Below are positions 49,501 through 56,371 of a DNA stretch of 64,000 nt, piece by piece. Made by a program: the position numbers and the translations under genes. The first letter of the stretch is position 1. Each line of letters begins with the position of its first letter. This stretch comes from Candidatus Obscuribacterales bacterium. Lineage in GTDB: Bacteria > Cyanobacteriota > Vampirovibrionia > Obscuribacterales > Obscuribacteraceae. The stretch is from contig CBDDIJ010000005.1 of assembly GCA_965228855.1 (NCBI GenBank), positions 640,001-704,000 on the forward strand, in the 5' to 3' direction. Below the pieces are notes generated by a model. That model did not search any database, was not told the DNA's origin, and saw only the letters and a program-made list of their open reading frames with translations.

Positions 49501-49788
49501 GGTGACTCGGACAGCATCGCTTATCGAGCTGACAGCCGGCATCGGGATAGAAGGAATCGAGATAACGGCTGGATCGGCGCTCCGGCCGCCGCCACCAAAT
49601 TCGGTGCGATACATTCTGCGCAATGCGCTGCGGTCGATACCGGCATTCGCATCGCGAAATTCGCGGAAGCTAGGTCTATCGTCTGCGGCTGCAGCTGAGT
49701 GAGCCGCCACGAGAAACAGGGAAGCGCTGATTACGCCAGCCCATCTTCTGCTGAACGAATTTCTTACACGTACGCTCTTCTTACTCAT
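37531..49788 (-). CDS. Giant secreted beta-helix/haemagglutinin-like repeat protein C (4085 aa)
   Basis: Start corrected to ATG 49788 (MSKKSVRVR matches paralogs' MSKKAV.VR; GGGGG RBS) rather than 49983; ends PKTVALNW. Confidence 0.9.
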   Translation of the reverse strand: MSKKSVRVRNSFSRRWAGVISASLFLVAAHSAAAADDRPSFREFRDANAGIDRSALRRMYRTEFGGGGRSADPAVISIPSIPMPAVSSISDAVRVTGTTRRIEKRLERQGVINQSIQQVDSNLVNIRGGVSLDLTSTTRNITLGNNLFGKVSAVEINVGGETKTVQAGSQVSAAEYIAVKQILSGNSQKITIDNSGSAIGGEVDLGSITSNNDVMRASDLVVPVNVTTYGDFSKRSDFKLLGDLTNAGTVHTYSSHKNGGAIRADDITNQAGALISSETDLGLFASGNLSNYGTITSKGNLTLSAGDTLTNASEVSAKRDVNLNAPNILNSGSVTSLKGDINIDGPTTAELNVNAGGGTFTAANAINVRNSEYAGAFNTNVTGGDFFSKELNLNAGNGVMQTHVGELTGVLNQTGSEAHVTASTDELVLGEVCLTGDPTFKNDSGNITIAGNITVNEQLAIIASGNVSSVNNITITAGDGATGYPITIVAGADQLVAGTNSTTLPGGGTAQGTTLTGLASATGGSILLGNNVTISSRSTGAAGAGGNVLLAAFEGGTVGSGRVNIGGGTTTINTGGRTAGDANGNVTIIAGLQNGNAVNVGFINTTGGNTSTGQINITTTQPISSNGGNIVYNLNGTIASGNGLIAGPGVGVDANVTFVRNSLTNVDVFVDADTITTLTGSSVTSNFGTINFTSVNGIIGAGVGSLVSAPTVNLVSQNTDIGSVSQRVRVDANNLYVDAPLGSVYVQDIDEVNLLAATVQGDFNILAQGTLSNSGAIAGDTVTLRSSGGNINILNTITGVSGVDLRASFNVEGTAQITSPVLSVQSDLANIGSVSSLIIDVDDLRITAPNGSATLTDLNSVNLGGGASNVFGTLKLTADFGISNTSNITANVVDLTATNGVFTLGAGTVITGLTSINLTAGQSIQTVDLGASLVSPRINLTSLLANIGTNSALPLNLDAQSVTLNAANGNVWFSDPNSVNLGPGASSALSTFEVTAANNLTSTGSVFATDVNLTATAGGFDLDGAVAGTNSIKLTSANSILNTSISGGLSNGFGGAVANLELTSTAGDIGSVSNDLDIDADNLTFTATNGSAYIHDLNDVTVLGNSFAQFNIGLVADGAFSNVGTIDSGNSTDITADSIDVQNDITAGGNIALSANTTLTASAALTADNNIDLDSNGSISTSGPVSANGDVFATANGAINTFDTVNAAGDVTLFATGGNITTFQGITAGGDATISGDSIQTLGTVSATSGSVILAANVGTANITGLVSAGVDIDISGNGVTTSNTLSAGNLVSIDSQSTLTTLGAITTNTGDVVISAVGDISVNSSVNSGFGLFISSTGGDVDTLDVLNAVDLISIDGSDITTNGDVTSATSSISIVAGNDATVNGALNTGTDVFVFANNDVIVSDITSGTSIDIYAGNDINSGGNVNASGPVFMQADNQLTTQNITTTDDISLDGENGVTVNGPLSGDEVNLSSGSAFVQLNNLVTAVTAVSIASDDDILNANLVGGLSTPALNLTSYSGDIGASGDYLNVDVTDLTANAGFGDVFVRAANGVNLADNAGGSSALNSFNIVATAGDITSTGTISADTVNLTSELGAINLGSDVTATTAANLLAETNITNVVGSAVIAPTITLDANTGSIGTDDSSRFTVDSDNLTLSATAGSAFVRDIFSTNIVSATALSTIDIVAFDDLSSSGAIAADVVALEATGGGLTLAGSVTGTTSVSLRSDDSIVNASVTGGVSAPQINLNSFSNSINLSTIDFVNLSAIASGDIILSDANGFNFGVDDTSAGGDITVTIANGNLTSNSAVFAGGTITFDVDATSTGSFVLDGPVTALTINLFSGATISDASISGGLFAPNINLSSLNDINITTVDFTNVVANATGSVTLVDTTGNMNFGPGASSAGTFFTASAPVDLTSSGTVTAGTTASLTAVGGKLVLDAFVDAQTINLVSNDSILNSSIAGGLFTSGGAVNQLNLLVNNGEIGALGVGGALSIDAVNLTANAPIANVFISDTAGGINVNGASGAFDVFLLNATGNITSTVAGTIDANAVNLTTSGGFFTLNGAVTGTSSIALTATTNLIIDANIAGGLNAPTLILTAQQIGAGSADRLDINTDNLIATATAGGVFVADADDLDVNSASATASIDIVATGNLHSSGLISAGDDVTLRAVNGDFLLNGEVRAVDTITLRSFDSILNANIAGGLTGAGGTAAVANLVLTSDNGDIGAGLDTLKIDAVNLGANTPAGSVFITDDGHLGDDNINVNVASAAQDTFELTANTDLTSSAGISGTTVFLNALGGSFTLAGSVQGLAEINLTSNGTIDNAAVVGGLSSPQINLASSANNIDITSIDFAQVSALAANGYVNLADANDISIGADSSLSGISFTVTAAGSVTVTGAITAGTTLSLTATGGSVNVNAPLEAVTIALSSNDSILDANVVGGLTADNFNFESTAGDISLSSLNLTNVIANAFGFVSLSDTTDSMTFNGASSAGTSFTAVAPINLNSTAAGTITAVDVDLTATGGAFDLDGAVTGTTSIKLTSSASILDANVSGGLNSGIGIPAAFLDLTSTNGNIGDILDFLNVDADVLRANAATGTVFVEDANNITLGGGSSAAGVAFGILSGGDITVNSNVTAPIVALTAGDDIILNADVAGATGVSLNAGDELTQTAGIVSGGLLTVDFGAASATLSTNVAQLTTVGDATDLTVLEADNIQLLSQVVDVLDVNSANGSITTGADLSLTALVLTSDTGNIDISNNITATGAVTFDTSTGNGSITQTAGTLITTPLLTMFSAAGGIGTGALPIRVVGTGAGAITVIAEAVGGDVNITYTGTNTISLDGSTGNNNFSVAALTGTIQTLDDIDGTGHLKLTTSNIIHSNTFDFDTIEVATAGSGSNLTISGTGGFFNSENGTTFDTLEGDMTFAGNTTFGGNGEAILTVKDLGGINNFFTVNGGVSVVGQNQLTVNACDLILTGSLSGNPLVVNCADAGTIANNNGSGDVNLSGNIIFNGGPFAIIASGNINTSGATLIDLTGTTNGGNLTLMAGVTFTPTTPGQTQNADTYTITGFSTQGGNINLSTVNILTVGNNGNGGAVTAIANNGITNAGIVNLGNIDTSGTATSGQVRIIGAGGVFTGDIDTTGGITSGNINIAVAKPVISGTIFVQNGAVTGGSFTTGVATNGDVLVGNITAPGRDVTILGALGAGDDISQRVATSIASNKLIVNTGVGTATFASTSVGELNTSGGGAITLLNEADGIILNGVAGVGQDVVINAGGTITVQGTGVNVDQLTLTGNSASGNAIVINAATTANDVDLISATGNIQLGAALTGNNSVDFNSNGAITQTAGTVSGNALSVSFGSGPVTLNTSVASLTTLSAGTLTINEANDITIGSQAVTALTVNSTAGNITTSADFLVNDLTLTATAGTIGITNDITATNSATLTASGGMTTTLGGSVITNNAVLSSAGAIGTDSANRFTIVANNMRVAAAQNAFVNNTLAGAVVLGNSIATNTLDIFTVGDLTGAGTASSANTVLATGGKFALTGALTGTTTLTLTANNNIVNADLTGTLTTPSLKLTSVTGSIGVDENNPFNVAAGIGTISGNALAATGSVFINSASTVGVNFAESTAGNDLSLASAGALTVTGDLTSVNGDLSVLGSGGFLTIGDNTTLTAFSSINVINTTSDKKAKLILGTGSTIVTNAKIAGLGDVTIAIGPSILPPGGNKTPKFTTVVENGGTVSFSGRRAKGLSPQNIFTAQGADILVSNNLRNNLIEIRGGVTVTADPPVPVGTPVYISYGKGVMHGADATTSSPAATTDSAFASELISSAPVASTAALQLVSLNNMTATNSLGSSNLLNSSDSATNLATASTNGLAGAVSTTADNSYMTTNAPSSMTFDVQLCTDMELGFSAGENGVSTRPHSDCVTMDHGSVLFVASKDTTVVSPKGTVKLAAGAIALVVADATHLSVYDVNDHHKRSVEVEVGGRSIPLAPGRHVTVTNDKCAQFAEVNAIEAMMHRNVGHHDMGNGRKAFTTEFSLPGAIQVLKPLKALLSSKHPEAQKVAAKVVKTSAIVLQLGQNGTAYEFHTKPKTVALNW

Positions 49789-50274
49789 ATTTCCCCCGAC
49801 TGGAATGTATGCTAAAGCGAGAAGACATGCGCCTTTTCCAGGCACAAACCTACTCGAATCTATTTTTAATTGGTCGTAGTTAACCGCGACACACGTCAAA
49901 CCGAACCACAAGTCCGTCAAGCGCCGGATTCGAGTCGAGCCACGACTGTCATCCCAGGTCGACGCCTGCGGAAACTGGGTCAAAAGTTACCATGCTGGAG
50001 ATCCGGTAATCTTAACTCCACGTGCGCAGGCTTTACGTGACAATGCTCACCTGCACTGGGGGTACGGTGAAAACTCGAGCAAAGGATTGGGAAAATTTAA
50101 GATTAAACTCGGTTTCGGGGCGTTAGAAGTGCGCAATTAAGTTCGTACTTGTTACATTCTGACAACAGCGGCGATACCGTTTCTGATACCAGCACATACA
50201 TGCATGCATCGAAAAATCAAATCGGTTCGTGGCCCGTACCTTTAATAGATAAACACCAAGAACTTGACCACCAC

Positions 50275-51381
50275 CTATTTCTTTTTAGCCGAGAGAAATT
50301 TTTCTTTTCGACTGACGAATTTACTGTACCGTCGAATTGATCCCTGGAAGATTCGAACGCGAATGATTGCATAAAGGATAGAACACAACGCATAGATCGC
50401 AAACTGACGCAAATCATCATCCTTGGGACATTCCCTCAGGGCATCGCTAATCTCTTTGCGGGTGACGTATAGAGCGCCGAAAGCCGTTTGAACATCTGCA
50501 TTACCACAGTCATTCAACGCGCTCAAGATATGCTTAGTTGCAACTGCCGAAACGCCATCGTTTGCAGCCGCATACATTGCGTCTACAAGCATCTGGTCGG
50601 CTTCTGCAGTAAAGCACATATCTACGCTACCACCGCGGGCGATGGCAGACATTCGGTCAAAACTCAGGGGATTCGCTCCATCGATTACTTTCCTTGCCGT
50701 CCCTGCTAAATCGCCTAACCCATAGGGTTTTCCAATCGCATTCAAATGCAAAGACAGCATCAACTGCCCAGCAGCAAAGCCATGATTGGTCAGAAGTGCA
50801 AGCAACACATGCTCGCAACCTATTTCCTGGCACCCCTGTCGCAGAGCCTCGGTCTTCGAAGCAGCCAGAATCAGCATTGCCGTCTGGCTCAAGCGAACGG
50901 TGCCACTATATTTAACACCAGACCCGAAATTGATCTGAGGGTAGTAAATCATGTTGTTGGCCGTCAGACGAAAGTTCTTCTGACGAACCACGTTATTATC
51001 GAAAAACTCTTTGTACGCTTGGGGTGAAACAGTAGCTCCGAGGTTTAACTTCTGAGTCTCGCTATCACCAGAGACAAAAGCCTGGAGTTCCTCCTCATCA
51101 GGCCAGAGCTGAGCCGGTAGCCTGGAGTTCGAGCTCTCAGCCTTCTTAGACTCAGCTTTTGGAACAGGCTTCGAACTGCGCTTTTCTCCGGACGCCTCGT
51201 TATTCCTGGAAGGAGGAGGCAAGATCGACTCCACGTTGGAATCTTCCGGAGCAAAAGACTCGAGCGGATGAAATTCGATCTCGTCTACATCAATTTCGCG
51301 CAAGTCAATGCCGTCGACCATAAAGCCAACGCTGTCGTTTCGCTCGGGCTCAGGATTTTTCAAATCCCCATCATCCGCCAT
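50275..51381 (-). CDS. Stand-alone Clp N-terminal (Clp repeat) domain protein
   Basis: Two Clp repeats: LSQTAMLILAASKTEA..IGCEHVLLALL and FTAEADQMLVDA..VATKHILSAL; no Walker A/B; acidic N-terminus. Confidence 0.75.
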   Translation of the reverse strand: MADDGDLKNPEPERNDSVGFMVDGIDLREIDVDEIEFHPLESFAPEDSNVESILPPPSRNNEASGEKRSSKPVPKAESKKAESSNSRLPAQLWPDEEELQAFVSGDSETQKLNLGATVSPQAYKEFFDNNVVRQKNFRLTANNMIYYPQINFGSGVKYSGTVRLSQTAMLILAASKTEALRQGCQEIGCEHVLLALLTNHGFAAGQLMLSLHLNAIGKPYGLGDLAGTARKVIDGANPLSFDRMSAIARGGSVDMCFTAEADQMLVDAMYAAANDGVSAVATKHILSALNDCGNADVQTAFGALYVTRKEISDALRECPKDDDLRQFAIYALCSILYAIIRVRIFQGSIRRYSKFVSRKEKFLSAKKK

Positions 51382-51452
51382 CGAATTTCCTCAACAAAAG
51401 CACAGATAGCACTCATCTCGAAGAGGCAAACTCGCGGTCATGGAGAGTTGCC

Positions 51453-52400
51453 TTACTTCGCACCAACAGTGGGAACTTGGGTCTCGAACCATGCAATAGT
51501 TTGCTTTAAACCATCCAGCAGCTCGGTTTGGGGATTCCAACCAAGTACTTCCCTGGCTCTAGTTATATCAGGAAGGCGACGGCGAGGATCATCGATCGGG
51601 AGTTCTTTGAAGACGATTTCACTGCGAGTTTTGGTTAGCTCTTTGATTATTTTCGCGATTTCGGAAACCGTTTTTTCCTGCGGATTTCCGAGGTTGATGG
51701 GCTGGTGACAGTCGGAGTTCATCGTGCGAACGATTCCATCTACCAGATCGGAAACGTACTGAAAGCTGCGCGTTTGTGAGCCGTCACCATATACGGTGAG
51801 TGGTTCTTTCTCCAAGGCCTGCCGTATGAAATTCGAAATCACTCTGCCATCGTCAAGGCGCAATCGAGGACCGTAGCAATTGAAGATACGAATGATACGC
51901 GTATCGAGACCGTGCATTTTGTGATATGCCATCGTGATTGCCTCGGCAAAGCGCTTAGCTTCATCATATACACCGCGCGGACCGATCGGGTTAACATTGC
52001 CCCAGTACGCTTCGGTTTGCGGATGAACCTCGGGATCCCCGTAGACTTCACTAGTACTGGCAAGCAGATACTTTGCGTTTTTCGTCGACGCCAGTCCGAG
52101 TGTGTTGTGAGTACCTAACGAATTGACCTTCAATGTTTGAATCGGCAATTCCAGATAATCGACTGGTGACGCTGGCGAGGCAAGGTGGACGACAAAGTCG
52201 ATATCACCTTTCACGTAAATATAATTCGACACATCGTGGTGGATGAATTCAAACTTGCTATTGCTCGTGTGTTGCTGAATGTTCTCGAATTTTCCGGTGA
52301 TCAGGTTATCCATGGCAATCACATAATTGCCTTCGGACATAAGTCGATCCACTAGATGGGAGCCGATGAAACCAGCCGCGCCAGTAACTAAAATTCTCAA
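51453..52400 (-). CDS. uxs: UDP-glucuronate decarboxylase (UDP-xylose synthase)
   Basis: [44 protein letters not shown]; 4-bp overlap with ugd. Confidence 0.9.
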   Translation of the reverse strand: MRILVTGAAGFIGSHLVDRLMSEGNYVIAMDNLITGKFENIQQHTSNSKFEFIHHDVSNYIYVKGDIDFVVHLASPASPVDYLELPIQTLKVNSLGTHNTLGLASTKNAKYLLASTSEVYGDPEVHPQTEAYWGNVNPIGPRGVYDEAKRFAEAITMAYHKMHGLDTRIIRIFNCYGPRLRLDDGRVISNFIRQALEKEPLTVYGDGSQTRSFQYVSDLVDGIVRTMNSDCHQPINLGNPQEKTVSEIAKIIKELTKTRSEIVFKELPIDDPRRRLPDITRAREVLGWNPQTELLDGLKQTIAWFETQVPTVGAK

Positions 52401-53791
52401 CGTCCAACCCCCCGATAAGTCATGCCGTGCGAGGAGATCTCCTCTTCTTGCAAAACGTTTCTGCCGTCGACGACCAACGGCCAGCGCATGACGCGTGATA
52501 CTTCACGCCAATTTGCGCGCTTGAACTCATCCCACTCTGTGACGAGCACCAGAGCATCACTATCGGTGGCAAGGTCGACCAGATCGGTAGCATAGGAGAT
52601 GTCGAGATCGGGATGCTGACGTTTGCATTCCTCCATCGCGACAGGATCATACGCCTTGACGTGCACGCCCATTTTTGTGAGCTGTCGTGCGATTGTTAAG
52701 CTTGGCGCATCCCGCAAATCATCGGTATTGGGCTTGAAAGACAAACCCATCAAACCAACGGTGCGACCTTTAATGATCTTGAGTTCGTCCTGAAGTTTTT
52801 GAATGACGATCATGCGCTGATGTTCATTCACTTTGATAGTAGCTTCCAGCAGATGGGTCGGATAGTGATACTCGCGCGCCACTTGCATCAACGCCAAAAT
52901 ATCCTTACCGAAACAACTGCCGCCCCATCCGACACCGGCGTTTAAAAACGGCGAGCCGATGCGCTGGTCAAGCCCAATCCCGCGAGTAACTTGCTTGATA
53001 TCAGCACCAACCTTTTCGCACAACCCGGAGATTTCATTGGCGAAACTGATCTTCATAGCGAGAAACGCGTTCGCCGAGTATTTGATCAGCTCAGCCGAGG
53101 CCAAGTCGGTGAGAACGAACGGCACATGATCGAAACCTTTCGGACGCGGTGAGCACCACTCGGGCGACTCAAAATCTTGAGTCAGAATAGGATTGTAGAG
53201 TTTGCGCATCGAGTCAATCGCGGACTCATCCGTGCTGCCCACAACGATGCGGTCCGGATAAAACGAGTCGTCGAGAGCACTTCCTTCACGCAAAAATTCA
53301 GGATTGCTGACCACCGAAAATGACGGTGCTTCAGGACGAGCGCTGCGAGCCGGAACCGGCTGCACCGATTGAACGCCCTGATTGACCAGCATCTCGACCC
53401 AGTTGCCTGAACCGACTGGAACTGTGGATTTATTGACGATTATGCGTTTGCGCTTGTTATCCAGAGCGCCCCCGATTCCTCGCGCGACGCTCATGACCTG
53501 CGACAGGTCAGAATCGCCGTTCGGCAAGGGTGGTGTACCCACGCATATGAAAATTACTTCGGAGCTTTTGACGCCTTCTTCGAGATTAGCAGTGAATCTG
53601 AGGGTTCCTTTAGCGAGGCAGTTTTTAACAAACTCTTCCATGCCAGGTTCGAAAAACGGCATGACACCCTTGTTCAAGCTCTCAAGCTTCGTAGCGTTCG
53701 CTTCGACAGCAACGACCTGATTGCCAAAGTGGGCTAAGCAAGCACTGGTAACAAGCCCTACATAACCAGCTCCAACTACACAAATATCCAC
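52397..53791 (-). CDS. ugd: UDP-glucose 6-dehydrogenase
   Basis: [23 protein letters not shown], catalytic [19 protein letters not shown]. Confidence 0.95.
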   Translation of the reverse strand: MDICVVGAGYVGLVTSACLAHFGNQVVAVEANATKLESLNKGVMPFFEPGMEEFVKNCLAKGTLRFTANLEEGVKSSEVIFICVGTPPLPNGDSDLSQVMSVARGIGGALDNKRKRIIVNKSTVPVGSGNWVEMLVNQGVQSVQPVPARSARPEAPSFSVVSNPEFLREGSALDDSFYPDRIVVGSTDESAIDSMRKLYNPILTQDFESPEWCSPRPKGFDHVPFVLTDLASAELIKYSANAFLAMKISFANEISGLCEKVGADIKQVTRGIGLDQRIGSPFLNAGVGWGGSCFGKDILALMQVAREYHYPTHLLEATIKVNEHQRMIVIQKLQDELKIIKGRTVGLMGLSFKPNTDDLRDAPSLTIARQLTKMGVHVKAYDPVAMEECKRQHPDLDISYATDLVDLATDSDALVLVTEWDEFKRANWREVSRVMRWPLVVDGRNVLQEEEISSHGMTYRGVGR

Positions 53792-54137
53792 GCGTCAAAA
53801 CTCCGGGTTTCTTGCTAGCCTGATATAGTCGAGATTACCAGACGAAGCCGGTTTCCCTCAAATATAAGTACAAGCCTGTCTCAATGTATAGAAACAAGTA
53901 TATGTTAGCCCTTATCCATAGCAGAGGACTATCCTTGACAGGGCTTTATTGCGGCTTTCGCGCGGTTGTGAAGCGACGTTTTTTGTTAATTATCCAGGAG
54001 CCGTCCTACCTGTCAGCCGCCTGAGTTCTGGCGTCAGGCGATTTCTGCGTATGAATGAGACGCATTGATGCCAAGCAGGCAGCAACTGGAGGTGCGGTAC
54101 ACTAGGCTTTCGCGTACTTCGTTTCGAGAAAATCATC

Positions 54138-54953
54138 GTGCCGGAATCTCAACTTGAGCAATTCGTTAAAACCATCGCGCGCCTGCGTGCCCCGGATGGA
54201 TGTCCCTGGGACAGAGAGCAGACCCACGACAGTTTAGCTCGCTACCTGCTGGAAGAAACTTACGAAGTCCTCGAAGCCATCCATTCAGGCGACAGCAAAG
54301 AGATGTGCGAAGAACTCGGCGATCTGTTGCTGCAAATCGTGCTCAATGCACAAGTTGCCAAGGACGCCGGCACCTTTGACATCGAGGATGTCGCGCGCGG
54401 TATCAACGAAAAAATGATTGAACGGCATCCGCACGTTTTTGGCGACAAAACAGTTGATTCTGCAGGTGCGGTGAAAACCCAGTGGGAAGAAATCAAGGAC
54501 GCAGAGCGTAAAAAGAAAAACCCGGACCAGTCATCAATGGACGGCATCTCAAAGGTCTTACCGGCACTTCTGCAGGCGCTAAAGGTTTCAGAGAAGGCTG
54601 TAAGTCAAGGTTTTGAATGGAAAACCGAAGGCGACGTCTGGAAACAACTCGAAAGCGAGCTAAAGGAATTGCAGGAAGCTATCTCCAACCCGGAGATGGA
54701 TCATCCGGAAAAACATGTACAGGCAAAACGAGAAGTAGAGCTAGAGTTCGGCGATGTGCTCTTCTGCATGGTAAACGTCGCACGTTGGCATGCGGTCGAC
54801 CCGGAAGGGTCTTTATTGCTGGCAATCGAAAAGTTCAAGGATCGCTTCCGCACAGTAGAAAAATTAAGCACTGTTCCGCTAAAAGATCTGACGACAGACG
54901 AGCTTGAAGAACTTTGGCTTGAAGCAAAAAAGGAAGTGTCCGGAAAGAAGTAG
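54138..54953 (+). CDS. mazG: Nucleoside triphosphate pyrophosphohydrolase MazG
   Basis: LRAPDGCPWDREQT, EETYE, EELGDLL, RHPHVF; second domain EFGDVLF. Confidence 0.95.
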   Translation: MPESQLEQFVKTIARLRAPDGCPWDREQTHDSLARYLLEETYEVLEAIHSGDSKEMCEELGDLLLQIVLNAQVAKDAGTFDIEDVARGINEKMIERHPHVFGDKTVDSAGAVKTQWEEIKDAERKKKNPDQSSMDGISKVLPALLQALKVSEKAVSQGFEWKTEGDVWKQLESELKELQEAISNPEMDHPEKHVQAKREVELEFGDVLFCMVNVARWHAVDPEGSLLLAIEKFKDRFRTVEKLSTVPLKDLTTDELEELWLEAKKEVSGKK

Positions 54954-55000
54954 CTCTTCTACCTGGTATCACAAGTGGTGACCAAAGGAGTGAAAGATAA

Positions 55001-55381
55001 TTGGATCAATCAGTTTCGAAACCGAATAGAAAGGACGAGAATACGACAGTCGAGCAGTTGCGTGAGGCGATGCAAGACTTCGTCATCGAGCGGGATTGGC
55101 AGCGGTTTCACACACCGAAAAATCTGGCTGGAAGTGTTTCGATTGAAGCGGCCGAATTAGTCGAACTGTTCCAATGGATGACTACCGAAGAGGCGAGCGA
55201 ACGAGCGAAATCAGACGAAACGCTCCGTGGCGAGATCGCAGATGAGATGGCAGATGTCTTCCTCTACCTGCTCTCAATGGCCAACGCTCTGAATATCGAT
55301 CTGGCAAAATCTACCTTCGCCAAGATCGAGAAAAACAATATCAAGTACCCGGTTGAAACAGCGCATCAGTTTAAATCGTGA
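55001..55381 (+). CDS. Single-domain MazG-like nucleotide pyrophosphohydrolase (dCTPase/RS21-C6-like)
   Basis: ERDWQRFHTPKNLA, EAAELVELFQW, DEMADV, KYP motifs; TTG start uncertain. Confidence 0.9.
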   Translation: MDQSVSKPNRKDENTTVEQLREAMQDFVIERDWQRFHTPKNLAGSVSIEAAELVELFQWMTTEEASERAKSDETLRGEIADEMADVFLYLLSMANALNIDLAKSTFAKIEKNNIKYPVETAHQFKS

Positions 55382-55456
55382 TGTTGAGCCTTATTTATGC
55401 TCAAACGCGAGAACAGAGGCGGATACGCGAAGAGGTTTTAACGCTTCAAGGACGAA

Positions 55457-56371
55457 TTACAATGTATTCGTGGTGCTAGTGGTGGCAGTTGAAGGGATAA
55501 CGGGCTGTTGATTGATCAGCACCTTGGTCTTTGCCAGGGCTGCGGCTTTCGCCTCAGCGGCCGCCTTACCTTCCAGCTTCTTAGAGACCTTCAACGGAAT
55601 GTTGTTGTCGAGCGAAAGGTCAACATACTCGAGCCTATCCTGGTACTGAGCAAGTGTCGGCAGAATCGAAGTAAGCCGTCCAAGACGCTGTGTCAAAGCG
55701 GCATCCGGAATACCAATCTTGAGGGTCAAGGTCGGAGTGTGAGCGATCACGTCGAACGGTTTTCGCATGTCGACAGATTCGACCGGTTGTTTGGTCTGGC
55801 TCTCGATGAATGTCACCCAGGTTGCCCACTGTTTCACATCAGCCGGCGTCATCTTCAAATTGTTGCCCGCGTATATCTTGAGCGCCGGAGACATCACATT
55901 TGGAAACTTTTTGAGAGGGATGACGCGCCCGGTTTCCGAAATCACGGCATGTGTAGGTTGCTCAGGATCGGTTCCGAGTGACGCCCAAGGTTGTTCCTCA
56001 AGCACTTCTACAACGACGTGCGGACGCGGAAATGCGTAGCGTCTGACGAAAGCATTGTTGATAGTTTCAAGCGCTTCGACTTTCTTCTCTTGCTTCTTCG
56101 GGTCAACTACATATACGGGAGCATAAAGCGCGTCGACCAGCGCCTCGCGAATTTGCTGCTTGGATGTGAAGTGATTTCCTTTAACGATGATTTCACTGGA
56201 ACCGTCGCTCACGGACCATGGCAGGTACGCGAAGCCCGTATAACCAAGCGCAAGCACTGTCATCACCAGAAGTAAGCGAAGGATTTGCCGACGCAGGCGG
56301 GCACCGCGGGCGGTTTTACGCTTATTGCGGCGACTCTTGATCCAATCTTTTCTCTGATCTACTGGAAGCAT
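55457..56371 (-). CDS. ftsQ: Cell division protein FtsQ/DivIB
   Basis: Basic N-tail, one TM, POTRA-like (IIVKGN..VRRYAFP..VEVLE), C-terminal YVDL; ATG overlaps dapF stop. Confidence 0.8.
   Translation of the reverse strand: MLPVDQRKDWIKSRRNKRKTARGARLRRQILRLLLVMTVLALGYTGFAYLPWSVSDGSSEIIVKGNHFTSKQQIREALVDALYAPVYVVDPKKQEKKVEALETINNAFVRRYAFPRPHVVVEVLEEQPWASLGTDPEQPTHAVISETGRVIPLKKFPNVMSPALKIYAGNNLKMTPADVKQWATWVTFIESQTKQPVESVDMRKPFDVIAHTPTLTLKIGIPDAALTQRLGRLTSILPTLAQYQDRLEYVDLSLDNNIPLKVSKKLEGKAAAEAKAAALAKTKVLINQQPVIPSTATTSTTNTL

Noticed and set aside
14171..49702. Many plus-strand ORFs over the giant genes, including 720 aa (43043-45205), 439 aa and 349 aa
   Set aside because: Antisense shadows of a biased repeat coding strand; Pro/Val/Leu-rich nonsense with no motifs.
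49740..49760. SRRW as a Tat signal in giant C
   Set aside because: Paralogs have VKQW at this position and the FLK consensus is missing.
14048..49788. Contact-dependent inhibition (CdiA) or polymorphic toxin locus
   Set aside because: C-termini are conserved rather than variable, spacers have no room for immunity genes, no cdiB; VENGG is not the VENN pre-toxin motif.
49789..49983. 65-aa N-terminal extension of giant C given by the ORF track
   Set aside because: Paralog alignment and RBS support ATG 49788.
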